This document shows, piece by piece, positions 1-10,027 of a DNA stretch of 64,000 bases (positions within the stretch are counted from its first letter, which is position 1; each line of letters begins with the position of its first letter). Origin of the DNA: Alphaproteobacteria bacterium (GTDB lineage Bacteria > Pseudomonadota > Alphaproteobacteria > SHVV01); assembly GCA_965261735.1 (NCBI GenBank), contig OZ253470.1, positions 608,001 through 672,000 of the forward strand, given 5' to 3'. The translations under genes and the position numbers were made by a program. Below the pieces are notes generated by a model, which was not told the origin of the DNA, did no database searches, and saw only the letters and a program-made list of their open reading frames with translations.

Positions 1-2157
1 GTAGTCGTTGACGCTCTGGGTGCCGGTCACCAATGCGCCGCGGTATTTGCGGGCGCGCCGCGCCGCGCCTTCGAGGAACGCCTTGCTGTCCTCGCCCGAG
101 AGCAGGTCCCAGGCCTCGTCGATGACGATCGCCTTCGCCCTGGTGCGGGGGCCGTGATACATGCGCTGGGTGGCGAGGAAGACCACCAGCATCAGCACCA
201 CGCCCTGGACGTCGCCGCGCCCCTTGAGCTCGGCGAGCTCGAACACGGTGAGCGCGTTCTCCAGATCGGGCACATCGGTGCCGGCGAACAGCCGCCCCAT
301 GGCGCCGCCGGGGCACCAGGGGCCGAGCGCGGTGCCCATGTCCTTCGCCCGGCGGTCGTCGCGGGCTTCGAGATGCGTGCGCACCGTGCCGAGATCGGCG
401 CCGTTGCCGGCCTCGTCCCAAGCCGCCGCGATCGCGCCGTCGATCAGCGCCGCCTCGATATCGTCGATGGCGCCGCGGCGCCGGCACATGCGCCCGATCA
501 CGCCGGCCAGCATGGCGAAGCATTCCTCGCGGTAGTCGCCGTCGCGATTGGCGGTCCCGGCGTCGATCATCGCGAAGGGGTTGAGTGTCGCCGGGTCCTT
601 GCCGAAGGCGATGAAGGCGCCGCCGAGGGCTTCCGCCGTGTGCTGGAACGAACGCCCGTCGTCGATCACGACGGCCTCGCCGCCGGCGCCGATCAGCCCG
701 GTCACCAGCTCCTGCATCAGCACCGACTTGCCGGAGCCCGACTTCCCCGTGACCGCGACGTTGTAGTTGCCGGCCTCGTTGGCGAAGGGCGACCAGCAGG
801 CCGGCTGGCCGCGGCGCCCGATCAGGAAGAGGGCGGGCGGGTTGTCCGGGTTCATCGGCTGGCCGCGCCACTCGCCATGCACCGGCGCGAGGTTGACGGC
901 CGACGCGGTGAGCAGCGTCTTCATGCGGCCCATGCGTTCGAGATCGGCGTCGAGGCCTCCGGCGGACGCCATCGGCAGGCAGGCGAGCCAGGAGGGGAGC
1001 TGGACGTAGCGCTCGGCGTTCACCCGCCAGCCCTGGCCGTGATAGATCGCGCGCACCGCCTGCTCGGCCTCGTCGAGCGCATCGAGCGGCGCATAGACCG
1101 CGACCGTGTAGCAGGCCCGGACCAGCCGCTCGCCGTCCTTCAGCCGCTCGGTCACCGTCTGCCAGTCGCGCGCCTTCTCGGGCAGGCCGGGGAGGTAGCG
1201 CGCGATACCGGTGCCGGCCTGCTGAATCGCGCGCGCCGACTTGAGGAAGGCCTTCTCGCCCGCCGCCTCGTCGCCGGTCGTCACGGTCAGGGTCGTCAGC
1301 ACCGGGCAGCCCGGCTGGAGGAAGTCGCGGTGGAAATCGCCGATCAGCGCGTTGCCGCGCCAGCCCGGCCAGACCTCCGGGAACGCGACGGCCGACAGGA
1401 TCCGCACGGCGACGTCTTCCCCATCCGCGCCGTGGAAGGTGAGGCCGGTCGGCGCCACGGTGAGCGCGCGGCCGGGAGCGATGCACTGCTCATGGATCGG
1501 ATCGCGCGGCGACCAGCGCCTCACCGGGCGCCGCGTCCCCCCGTCGCGTTCTCCATGGATGTCGGGGACGGTGAGCTCGGCCGCGAGCGACAGCAGCGCG
1601 TCCGGCTCCAGCCGCCGCGCATGGGCGCCGGCCGAGGCGAGCGTGCCTTCGAGCGCCCGGCGGAAGGCCCCGAGAGACGTCTCGGCGGCCGGGCCGGGAC
1701 CGCCCGCGAGGCAGGCAGTGACGAACACCCGGTAGTCGCTGAGCGTGAAGGGCGGCCCGCCGCCATGCAGCTTGCGCCAGCCGCCGCGGCTGAGAAGCTC
1801 GCCGCGCCGCGCGCCCATCCGCGCGAGCGCGCCGCCGGCGCCGGCGCGCGGCTCGGCCCAGGCGTCGCAGGCCGCGCCGAAGCGCGGGCTCGCCCAGTGG
1901 ATCACCTGCACCGTGCAGCGCTCGGGCGCGGCATCGGCGAGCGTGCCCGACAATGCCCCCAAGGTCTCGGCGTCGATGCCCGCGAAGGGCGGCAGTTCGA
2001 CGACGAAGCCGGTGCTGGCGGCGTTGACGTAGAGCTCGCTCGATTCGTCCCATGCGCGCCAGGGCAGCAGGGAATGGAGCGCCGCCGGCATCGCGGGCGG
2101 CATCCAGGGACCGGGCGCCTCCGGCCCCTCGAACAGCTCCAGCAGCCGGCCGATCAC
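1..2157 (-). CDS. traC: F-type T4SS ATPase TraC (VirB4 family), 3' end runs off the window
   Basis: Translated by hand: GTG start overlaps the traV stop (GTGA), N-terminus MIGRLLELF...LLPWRAWDESSELYVN, Walker A TGKSGSGKS (~722-750), Walker B-like AIVIDEAW (~109-132). Confidence 0.92.
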   Translation of the reverse strand, partial: MIGRLLELFEGPEAPGPWMPPAMPAALHSLLPWRAWDESSELYVNAASTGFVVELPPFAGIDAETLGALSGTLADAAPERCTVQVIHWASPRFGAACDAWAEPRAGAGGALARMGARRGELLSRGGWRKLHGGGPPFTLSDYRVFVTACLAGGPGPAAETSLGAFRRALEGTLASAGAHARRLEPDALLSLAAELTVPDIHGERDGGTRRPVRRWSPRDPIHEQCIAPGRALTVAPTGLTFHGADGEDVAVRILSAVAFPEVWPGWRGNALIGDFHRDFLQPGCPVLTTLTVTTGDEAAGEKAFLKSARAIQQAGTGIARYLPGLPEKARDWQTVTERLKDGERLVRACYTVAVYAPLDALDEAEQAVRAIYHGQGWRVNAERYVQLPSWLACLPMASAGGLDADLERMGRMKTLLTASAVNLAPVHGEWRGQPMNPDNPPALFLIGRRGQPACWSPFANEAGNYNVAVTGKSGSGKSVLMQELVTGLIGAGGEAVVIDDGRSFQHTAEALGGAFIAFGKDPATLNPFAMIDAGTANRDGDYREECFAMLAGVIGRMCRRRGAIDDIEAALIDGAIAAAWDEAGNGADLGTVRTHLEARDDRRAKDMGTALGPWCPGGAMGRLFAGTDVPDLENALTVFELAELKGRGDVQGVVLMLVVFLATQRMYHGPRTRAKAIVIDEAWDLLSGEDSKAFLEGAARRARKYRGALVTGTQSVNDY

Positions 2158-2759
2158 CGGAGCCTCCAGCCGGCCGGCTCCAGCACCGCGCGGACATGGA
2201 AGGCCTCGCGGTAGACGCCGTCGGCATCGACGAAGGGCGCGATCCAGATGCGCCCCACGACCTCGCCGGTGCGCAGATCGTCGTCGGCGGAATCGGCAGA
2301 GGCCGGAAGCGTGTCCGGTTCGGGCGGCAGGACCGGGGTTTGGGCGACGGGCGTCGCGGCGGCGGTGTCCGGAACCGGCGCCGGGGTCTCCGGAGCGGGG
2401 CCGGCATCCTCGTGCCGCGCCCCGTCATCGCCGCCACCGAACAGCCGCGCGAGCCAGGCGAAGGGATCGAACCCGCCGCATCCGGCGTCGCAGCGCCGCG
2501 CCGGCGGTGCCTCGGGCCGTTCCGCGCCGCGCACCTCGTAGAGGGGTTTGCGGCGCACGGGTTTCCGTGCCGCCGCGTCCGGCACGGCCGGATCGGCGGC
2601 GGCGACGCTGTCGCAGGACCCGCCCTGCGCCAGCGGGCACTGCCAGGACTCGCCGACATGGGTCGCCGAGCAGCCCGCCAGCGCGAAGGCGCCGAGAACG
2701 ATCGCGACCGAAGCCGCCGGGACCGGCACGATCCGGTTACCCAAGATTGAATCCGTCAT
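2154..2759 (-). CDS. traV: Conjugative transfer lipoprotein TraV
   Basis: Lipobox LAGC, Cys pair WQCPLAQGGSC, C-terminal RIWIAPFVDADG motif; lies between traB and traC. Confidence 0.88.
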   Translation of the reverse strand: MTDSILGNRIVPVPAASVAIVLGAFALAGCSATHVGESWQCPLAQGGSCDSVAAADPAVPDAAARKPVRRKPLYEVRGAERPEAPPARRCDAGCGGFDPFAWLARLFGGGDDGARHEDAGPAPETPAPVPDTAAATPVAQTPVLPPEPDTLPASADSADDDLRTGEVVGRIWIAPFVDADGVYREAFHVRAVLEPAGWRLR

Positions 2760-2760
2760 G

Positions 2761-4083
2761 TCACTTGTCTCCCTGGGTGGGTTGGGCGGCGCCGCCGTCG
2801 GACCGGGGCGTTCCCCCGATGCGGGCGCCTTCGAGGAACACCAGCGTCACCCGGGTCCCGGCCCGGAGCTGGATCACCGGCTGGTACTGCTCGGCGCGGC
2901 GGATCATGTAGTCGGCGACCTTCTGCCCGGCCGAGGACGCTCCGGCGCCGAGCCCGGCCCGGCCGATATCCCCGAGCCCGGTATTGGCGGCCGACGCCGC
3001 GCCGCCGGTGGCGACGGCCTGCGGCTGGAAGGCGCTCGCGACGCCCTGGCCGATGCCCGACACCATGCCGGCGAGGAACGCCTTCTCGACCAGCGCCCCC
3101 TCGCGGCTCACCACCGGGCCGCGCACCCCGGTCTTGCCGGAGCCCGCCACGAACCCCGCCACCTCGGTCTCGATCACCGAGCCGGGACGCTCCCCCGAGC
3201 CGGGCGCGGCGCAGGTCATGGTCCTGAGCCTCGCGTAGATCTTCTCCGAGGAGAGGTCGCCGTGCGCCGCCCCGGTCACGGTGCAGCCGGCGATGTCGAC
3301 GCTGAGCGCCGTCCCGTCCGCCGAACCGGATGGCGCCGCGGTCCAGGCCGGGCCGGTGATGCGGAACAGCACCGGGCGCGGATCGCCCTGCGACGAGACC
3401 CCGGCCGAGGCGTCGACGCCGGCCAGCACGATCGCCTCGGCATGGGCGCCCGCCGGCAGCCACGCGGCCACGGATTTCTCGAGCGCACCGGCGACGGTCT
3501 CCGCCCCCGAGCGCGGCCCGGCCCCCGAACTCCCGGGACCGCCCTCCAGCTCGAAGGTCTCGATCAGCGGCGCCGGCGCAACCGGCGCCGGGGCGCGCGC
3601 CGCGCCCGAGGGCGAGGTGCCCGGCCCCCGGAAGTACGGATCCGCGCCCGGCGCGGCGCCCGTCGCCCCCTCCGGCGGCAGGACCGCCCGCAGCCGCCGT
3701 TCCAGCTCGTCCATCGCCGCTTTCTGCCGGTCGATCACGCCGCGCGCGTTCTCGGCATCGCCGACGAGACGCTCGCGCAGCCGCTCGTTCTCGGCCCCGA
3801 GCCGCCGCGCCTCGCCCTGCATCTCGCGCAGCCTGGTCTCGATGGCGCCGATCCGCGCCTCCGAGCGCCGGGTCCAGACCTTCTCGGCGGTGTCCGGCCC
3901 GGCGAGCTCGGCATCGATGCCGCCGGCCGGCGCCGGACCCTTGCCGCCGCCTGCGCTCAGCCAGACCGCCAGCACGATCAGCACCGCCGCGGCGATGACG
4001 GAGAACAGCACCAGCTGGCGCCGCCGCACCGCCTGCGCATCGCCGTCGGCCGCGCCCGCGCGGTTTCGGCCGGCGGCGCTCAT
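2761..4083 (-). CDS. traB: TraB pilus assembly protein (VirB10-like)
   Basis: N-terminal TM, coiled coil, GCTVTGAAHGDLSSEK and YMIRRAEQYQPVI motifs; ATG at 4083 overlaps the traK stop. Confidence 0.9.
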   Translation of the reverse strand: MSAAGRNRAGAADGDAQAVRRRQLVLFSVIAAAVLIVLAVWLSAGGGKGPAPAGGIDAELAGPDTAEKVWTRRSEARIGAIETRLREMQGEARRLGAENERLRERLVGDAENARGVIDRQKAAMDELERRLRAVLPPEGATGAAPGADPYFRGPGTSPSGAARAPAPVAPAPLIETFELEGGPGSSGAGPRSGAETVAGALEKSVAAWLPAGAHAEAIVLAGVDASAGVSSQGDPRPVLFRITGPAWTAAPSGSADGTALSVDIAGCTVTGAAHGDLSSEKIYARLRTMTCAAPGSGERPGSVIETEVAGFVAGSGKTGVRGPVVSREGALVEKAFLAGMVSGIGQGVASAFQPQAVATGGAASAANTGLGDIGRAGLGAGASSAGQKVADYMIRRAEQYQPVIQLRAGTRVTLVFLEGARIGGTPRSDGGAAQPTQGDK

Positions 4084-4916
4084 CGCGGCTCTCCCGCCGC
4101 CGCGGCCGCCGATACGGCCTCGGTGACCAGGACGGCGAGCCGCCCGCCCGAGGGGCCGGTGCCGCGCGGCGCCAGCCACACCGCCGCGACACGCGCACGG
4201 CCTTCGCCGCCGAACCTGGTCCCGGCGAGGGCCGCCAGGTCACGCGCATCGGTACCCGTGGCCGGGCCGGTGCCCGCGTTCGGGCCGGTGCCCGCGCTCG
4301 GGTCGCTGCCGGCCTCGACCACATGCGCCGCGAAGCGCGGCCCCCGCCAGGTCTCGATGACCGCGCGGCCATCCGAAGCCTCTCCGCCCCCCGGAACGAT
4401 CTCGTATCCGGGCAGCACCTCGCGCCGCGCCACGGCGCGCACCAGCCGCACCAGCGCCGCCACCCGGGGATCGCTCGCCCCGGCCGCCCCTGTCCAGGGC
4501 GCCGCCGCAACGTCGGCGTTGCGGATCAGGATCTGCGCCGAGTCCCGCACCGTGGGGGTAAGGGTCAGCCGGTAGGTGAAGCCCCGCTCGGTGCCGATGA
4601 AGAGCGTGACGGGGCCGTATGCCGCCCCCGGCCCACCCGCCGGCGCCAGCGGCCTCAGATAGAGATCGCCGCTCTCGGGGTCGTGCTCGACGGCGAAGCC
4701 GCCGGGGCTGCGGATCACCCGCTTGATGCGGTCGCCGCCGAGCGCGATGCGGCTCACGTCCCGCGCCGAGATCTCGCCCGCCAGCTCGCCGTGGTCGGTC
4801 GCCTCCAGGATCTGCATCGCCCGCGCCGGCGGCACGGTAGTGGCGAGCGCGGCCGCACAGACCAGCAGTGCCAGCAGCGCGGCCGTGCCGGTGCGCCCGA
4901 TCGTGTTCCGTGTCAT
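4080..4916 (-). CDS. traK: TraK (F-type secretin-like)
   Basis: Signal peptide, ISARDVSRIALGGDRI...GDLYLRP...LFIGTERGFTY; operon position. Confidence 0.85.
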   Translation of the reverse strand: MTRNTIGRTGTAALLALLVCAAALATTVPPARAMQILEATDHGELAGEISARDVSRIALGGDRIKRVIRSPGGFAVEHDPESGDLYLRPLAPAGGPGAAYGPVTLFIGTERGFTYRLTLTPTVRDSAQILIRNADVAAAPWTGAAGASDPRVAALVRLVRAVARREVLPGYEIVPGGGEASDGRAVIETWRGPRFAAHVVEAGSDPSAGTGPNAGTGPATGTDARDLAALAGTRFGGEGRARVAAVWLAPRGTGPSGGRLAVLVTEAVSAAAAAGEPR

Positions 4917-4918
4917 CG

Positions 4919-5470
4919 TCAGTCCTCCAGTTGTTCGAAGCGCAGCAGCCCGATGCGCCCGCCGTCGATGCGGAAGACGAGCCGGTAGCGCCGGTCCTGG
5001 CGCCCGGCCTCCTCGCGCCCGATCCAGGTCACGAGCTCGCCCGCGATCTCGACCGTGAGCCGCTCGGTGTCGGCCTCGATGCTCGCGGGATAGAAGGCGG
5101 TCGCCAGGTCGCGCCCCGCCATGCGGCTCGCTTCCGCCTCGACCCAGGCGCCGATCGCGCCGCGCGCCGAGGCGTGGCTCATGCGGGCGGCGGCCACGCG
5201 CACATGGCCCGCGTTCTCGGGCGTGAGCGTCAGCAGCGTCACCGCAGCGGTGCGCGCCATGTCCTCCAGATACCGGGCGCTTGCGCGGCCATCGCCCACT
5301 TCCCAGACCGGCCCCGACACCGCGGGCAGCAGCACCGTCGACGCCTCGCGAACGCTGAGCCCGACGCTGAGCGCCAGGTTGGCCGCCATCGAGAGCCCCA
5401 GCAGGGCCGACAGCGCGACCCGGATGTCGCGGGCGCGGCGGATGCCGGTCTCCATGAGCGCGCGTCTCAC
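4919..5470 (-). CDS. traE: TraE pilus assembly protein
   Basis: N-terminal TM, YLEDMARTAAVTLLTLTPEN, GELVTWIG; operon position. Confidence 0.85.
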   Translation of the reverse strand: MRRALMETGIRRARDIRVALSALLGLSMAANLALSVGLSVREASTVLLPAVSGPVWEVGDGRASARYLEDMARTAAVTLLTLTPENAGHVRVAAARMSHASARGAIGAWVEAEASRMAGRDLATAFYPASIEADTERLTVEIAGELVTWIGREEAGRQDRRYRLVFRIDGGRIGLLRFEQLED

Positions 5471-5480
5471 CGGTCCCGCC

Positions 5481-5774
5481 TCAGCCGACGAAGCGCCGGA
5501 GATGGCTCGCCGGCGTCGCCTTGAGACGCAGCACGAAGTCCGGCAGGAACCAGTAGAGCGCGTAGCGCGCGATGTTGGCGCCGCCGCCGCGCTTGACCCG
5601 GCGCAGCAGCAGCCAGCCGCCGACGCCGGCGATCAGCCCCGGCACGAACTGGTTGGCGGCAAGCCCGAGCAGGCCCGGGCCCATCAGCGCCGCCGCCTCG
5701 TCGACGGTCCAGAACAGCCAGCGTTCCGGATCGTCGAGGCGGCGGGGGATGGTGTGGCGCGCGGTGTCGTTCAC
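5481..5774 (-). CDS. traL: TraL pilus assembly protein
   Basis: IPRRLDDPERWLFWTVDE and YALYWFLP motifs. Confidence 0.9.
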   Translation of the reverse strand: MNDTARHTIPRRLDDPERWLFWTVDEAAALMGPGLLGLAANQFVPGLIAGVGGWLLLRRVKRGGGANIARYALYWFLPDFVLRLKATPASHLRRFVG

Positions 5775-5795
5775 GGTCCTGAATCCCCCGGGGCC

Positions 5796-6119
5796 TCAGA
5801 CGATCGCCGTGCCGACCAGGCCGGTGACGATGCCGGTGCCGGCGCCCGCCGCGATGCCCACCCCCACCGCGCCCATCAGCTGCATGGCGTTGAAACGCAG
5901 CACCGAGCCGACCAGCGCCGCGCCGACGGCGAGCGCCGCGGCGAGCTGCCCGCCGGTGCCGCCGACGATGTCCTGCACCGTATCCAGCGGATCGCCGAAG
6001 GTGTCGTCGGTGGTCGCGAGTGCCAGGTCCGCGCTGGCCAGCACGGCCGCGGCGGCCACCGCCGCGATCCGCACCGCGCCCGCGAGGCGGGCGCGCCGTT
6101 CCGTTGCCGCGCCCCTCAT
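5796..6119 (-). CDS. traA: Conjugative pilin TraA
   Basis: Signal peptide followed by two hydrophobic Ala/Gly-rich helices; directly upstream of traL; ATGA overlap with the upstream gene. Confidence 0.75.
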   Translation of the reverse strand: MRGAATERRARLAGAVRIAAVAAAAVLASADLALATTDDTFGDPLDTVQDIVGGTGGQLAAALAVGAALVGSVLRFNAMQLMGAVGVGIAAGAGTGIVTGLVGTAIV

Positions 6120-6397
6120 CGGGCCGCTCCCGGAGGGCGCGCCTGGCCGGGGCGCCTGCGCGCCGGCGGGGGCTCCCCCGGACCGGGGCAATCGCCGGTG
6201 CCGTCGTCCGAGGTGGACGCGCGGCGCCGCGTCAACGCCCAGGCGTCGAGGTCGGCCCGCAGGTACCGCACGCGGCCGCCGAAGCGGTGGAACACCGGCC
6301 CGCCGCCCCTCACCCGGTAGCGGTCCAGCGTGCGCGGCGAGACGCCGAGATAGTCGGCCGCCTCCCGCGTCGAGAAATAGGTCCGTTCTTCGTTCAT
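6116..6397 (-). CDS. RdfS-like excisionase / winged HTH (HTH_17)
   Basis: MNEERTYFSTREAADYLGVSPRTLDRYRVRGGGPVFHRFGGRVRYLRADLDAWA; GAGGAG RBS upstream. Confidence 0.85.
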   Translation of the reverse strand: MNEERTYFSTREAADYLGVSPRTLDRYRVRGGGPVFHRFGGRVRYLRADLDAWALTRRRASTSDDGTGDCPGPGEPPPARRRPGQARPPGAAR

Positions 6398-6959
6398 GGT
6401 CGTCTCCTCAGGTCTCCTGCCCGTGGCCGCCGCCGGGCGGGCGCCCGGATCGCTCGGCGGTCCGGACGCGATTGAACCCAAGGAAGACGCCCGGGAGGGA
6501 GGACGAATCCGGCCTACCCCTGAATCCGTCCGCCTCTTTGCCGACAGACGGCGCCAGACGACGACACACATGCCCGGCGGACGCCGGCCCCCGGGCTTCG
6601 GAAACGCAGGAGAAGTGCGGCAATCGCCGCGCGGCCGCCCGCCCGGCGCCCCCGCCAACCCGAATCGCCCAATGCCGAATCGCCACGGCAGCCAGGCCAC
6701 GCCCCGGGCGCACCGTCCGGTCGGCGCGGGGCAAGGGGAACGGTGTCAATTGCGACTGAAAATTTCCCACTTTTGTCGATCGAAATATTTCTCACTTTGA
6801 GCGTTCGGTCGTACCCCCAGACGCGGTGTTTGGGGTGTCGGACTTGGTCGAGCTGTAGGTAACCGGGTTGGCGCAGCGACCGCCAAGAGTCTGGCGGCGA
6901 CAACCCGGTTATCCACAACGGGCGGGTGTCACCGCTCCTGTCTCCGTTTGAGCCGGCGA

Positions 6960-7757
6960 TCACGCGGCGGCTCTTTTCCTGCGTCGATCCGAGCCGGACT
7001 GCAGCAGGTTCTGATGCTCCTTCATCCGGTAGCTGTTGCCCCGGATGTTGACGATGTGGCAGTGGTGCACAAGGCGGTCGATGAGAGCCGCCGCCATGAC
7101 CTCGTCGCCGAGCACGCCACCCCAGTCCTCGAAACCCTTGTTCGACGTCAGCACAGTCGACGCCCTCTCGTGCCGGGCGTTGATGAGCTGGAAGAAGAGC
7201 ACGGCGCCGTCCTGGTTGACCGGCAGGTAGCCGATCTCGTCGACCACCAGCAGGGCCGGATGGGTGAGCACGCGCAGCCGCCGGGTCAGATTGCCGGCGG
7301 CCTTGGCCTCGGTGAGGGACTCGATCAGCGCCGCGAGCGTGCCGTAGTAGACGCGCCGGCCGGCCTCGGCCGCCGCGATCGCGAGGCTGATCGCCAAGTG
7401 CGTTTTCCCGACGCCTGGTGGGCCGAGCAGGATCACGTTCTCGCCGCGGTCCAGGAAGCCGAGCTCGTGCAAGCTCTCGATCTGCTCGCGCTTGATGCTG
7501 GGCTGGAAGGCGAAGTCGAACTGATCGAGCGTCTTCACAGCCGGCAGCCGCGAAGAGCGCATGGCGGTCTGGAGACGGCGGTTGTTGCGCAGCACGATCT
7601 GGGCGTTCAGCAACTGCTCGATGGCCTCGGCCGCCGAGATCGTGCCGCCGTCGGCGTCCGAGAGGATGCCGTCGACGGCCTCCAGCGCGCCCGGCATCTT
7701 GAGGTCCGCCAGCATTGCCCGCAGCCGGTCGCGCCGGGCCGGCGCCGGAGCGTTCAT
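6960..7757 (-). CDS. istB: IS21 ATPase IstB
   Basis: GPPGVGKT Walker A, VVDEIGYLP, AALIDRLVHH. Confidence 0.95.
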   Translation of the reverse strand: MNAPAPARRDRLRAMLADLKMPGALEAVDGILSDADGGTISAAEAIEQLLNAQIVLRNNRRLQTAMRSSRLPAVKTLDQFDFAFQPSIKREQIESLHELGFLDRGENVILLGPPGVGKTHLAISLAIAAAEAGRRVYYGTLAALIESLTEAKAAGNLTRRLRVLTHPALLVVDEIGYLPVNQDGAVLFFQLINARHERASTVLTSNKGFEDWGGVLGDEVMAAALIDRLVHHCHIVNIRGNSYRMKEHQNLLQSGSDRRRKRAAA

Positions 7758-8776
7758 TGCAGCGCCTCCGCATAGACACTAAGCGGTCGCTGCTCGACCT
7801 TCACGGTTGCCGGCAGTCGCCGCGGCGCGGGCTCCGGAGCATGCCGGACGCCGAGACGTCGATAGGGATGGTTCGCCAAGGGGAGAAGCACCGCTCGCTC
7901 GTCGCGCTCGAAGCGGTCGACAGGACGCTCCCCGGTCGTGGCATGCCGGCGGACGTTGGCTGTGCCCTCCAGCCAGCGCACGGCCTGCTCGTTGAGATCG
8001 TTGTCATTCGCAAACGAGCGGCCGTAGAAGAAGCTCTCGCGGATGTAGCGGATCGGGCGCTCCACTTTGCCCTTGGTCTGGGCCCGATAGGGTCGGCACG
8101 AGCGCGGCATGAACCCCCAGTGCGCGGCGAACCGCAGAAACTCCTCGTTCAGCACCAGGCCGCCGCCGGCCCCGCGGTCGTCGGACAGCACCACGGCGCG
8201 CATCTGGTCGAACAGCAGCTCCTCCGGAACCCCGCCGAACCGGTCGAAGGCGCTCTCCAGACCTTCCATCAGGACCGGCATGGTCTGCCGAGTATAGAAG
8301 TGCAGCCACAGCAGCCGGGAGTAGCCGAGGACGATCACCAGGGCATGGCGCCGGCCCCAGGGCAGCGTGAACGTACCGAAGTCCACCTGGCCCTGACGCC
8401 CCGCCGGCGTCTCGAACCGGACCAGCGATTCAACCGGTTCGCGCGGTCGCGTCGCCCGCACGTAGTCGTTCACGCGAGAGTAGCAGCCCGGGTAGTCCGC
8501 AGCGCGGACCTCATCGAAAAGCCGCTTCGCCGACAGCTTCGGGAACGCCTCAAGACGGGCGTCGATGATCGCCTTGTAGGGGTCCAGCTTGTGGGCCACC
8601 GGCGGACGGGGCGAATACCCTCGCGCACCGGCCGCCAGATCCCGGTCCAGTTGGCCGGTATCGACCCAATTGTGGATCGTCCGACGGTTCACCCCGAACC
8701 GCCTCGACAGCTCCGCCTTCGAGACACCCCGGTCCAGATAGTGCTTCAACAACATCCTGGTCTCCCATTTGTACAT
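7754..8776 (-). CDS. istA: IS21 transposase IstA
   Basis: N-terminal [29 protein letters not shown]. Confidence 0.95.
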   Translation of the reverse strand: MYKWETRMLLKHYLDRGVSKAELSRRFGVNRRTIHNWVDTGQLDRDLAAGARGYSPRPPVAHKLDPYKAIIDARLEAFPKLSAKRLFDEVRAADYPGCYSRVNDYVRATRPREPVESLVRFETPAGRQGQVDFGTFTLPWGRRHALVIVLGYSRLLWLHFYTRQTMPVLMEGLESAFDRFGGVPEELLFDQMRAVVLSDDRGAGGGLVLNEEFLRFAAHWGFMPRSCRPYRAQTKGKVERPIRYIRESFFYGRSFANDNDLNEQAVRWLEGTANVRRHATTGERPVDRFERDERAVLLPLANHPYRRLGVRHAPEPAPRRLPATVKVEQRPLSVYAEALQ

Positions 8777-9254
8777 CCGCGCACCGATCCCGCTCTGTTG
8801 GCAAAGCCAACAGAGCGGCCCGGGACGCCTTCAGCGACAAGCCCAAAGTGAGAAATTTTGGGTCGTTACAAATGGGAAATTTACGGTCGCTACCAACAAA
8901 CGGGCGCCAGGCGCGGCGCCGCCGCGTGAGAGGATGGGTGAATGGGTGCTATCCGGTGAGAACCGGTGACCGCGCCGGCCGGGAATCGCCGGCTGTATCG
9001 GCGAGACTCCGTTGGCGGGATCGCCCACGCATCCTCGCGCGCCGCCCCGGCGCCCGCCGGGGTCACGGCCCTGCGCACGCCGCAGGCCGGCCGGAACTCC
9101 CGGGCGGCGCACCGGATGCATCGGTCGCCGGTCTTCGACGAGCGGGATCTCGCGGGCCGTGCCGGGCCTGCCGGACGCGCCGGGGGGGTTGCAGGTAAGG
9201 GGGCCGCCGGGACGGATGCCGGCGACAGGGCGCCCTAGGACCGGGCGGCGCGCT

Positions 9255-9979
9255 CTACCATTGCGCGGCGAGCTTCAGATAGCCGCCCTCCATGAGATCG
9301 CGGGCGCGGTAGATGCGCCGGCGCACCGTGCCGCGCAGCGGACAGCCCCGGTACCACTCATCGGCGACCTTGTCGGCGCCCCAGATCTCCGCCGCGATCT
9401 CGCGCGCCTCCTTCCCGGCCTTGTCCCCGTCAAGCGCTATCAGAAGTTCCCTGTCCCCGTCCCCCGGCCCGCAAGAGGGGCCGGACCGCCGACCAGCCTC
9501 CACAGCTCGCGCGCACGGCCGTTGTGGCGCGGCCAGTCGGGCCCGAAGCTCAGGCTGGGAACGAAGCTCCCGCCATGCGGGTCGAACCCGTCGCCGTCGG
9601 CGAAGCGCAGCTGCCTCGCGCGCCCGGCGCGCTCGACCTTGAGGATCAGCGCGCCGTCGGCGAGCCTGAGCCCCGAGAGCGCCGCGCCGCTCGCGCGCGC
9701 CATCTCCGCCAGGCCGGGTCCGTCCGCCGGCGCCGGCGCCACCTCGATCATCGGCGCCACCGCCCAGATCGGCGAGCACGGCCCGTTTGCGGCGAGCGGG
9801 TCCTCCCAGCCCAGAAGCCCCCAGGGGCCCGCCTCGAGGTCGGCCCCGGTCTGCCGTCGGATCGGAAAGGGCGCGTCCAGGAACGCCGGCGCGGGGTCGC
9901 TCAGCGCCCGGCACGCCTCCGCGTAGGGGTCATTGCGCTTCAGGAACTGCCATCCGCGCGCACCGCCGCCCGTCGCCAT
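9255..9979 (-). CDS. FseA-like transcriptional activator (DUF6499 + DUF2285) split over two frames; needs a -1 shift near 9445-9475
   Basis: Frame A (9979-9440) has WQFLKRN..Y and WGLLGWEDP; frame B (to 9255) has LLIALDG..AG...EIAAEIWG...W...LRGTVRRRIYRARDLMEGGY, a DUF2285-like HTH. Confidence 0.75.
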
Positions 9980-10027
9980 GCCGCCACCAAGACCCCCGCC
10001 CGGATGCCGCACCGCCGCCCGCCGCGG

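Larger units (their letters stand above)
6744..8898 (-). mobile_element. IS21-family element, intact
   Basis: TG...CA ends with imperfect IRs; 5-bp TSD AACGG at 6739-6743 and 8899-8903; istA+istB. Confidence 0.95.
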
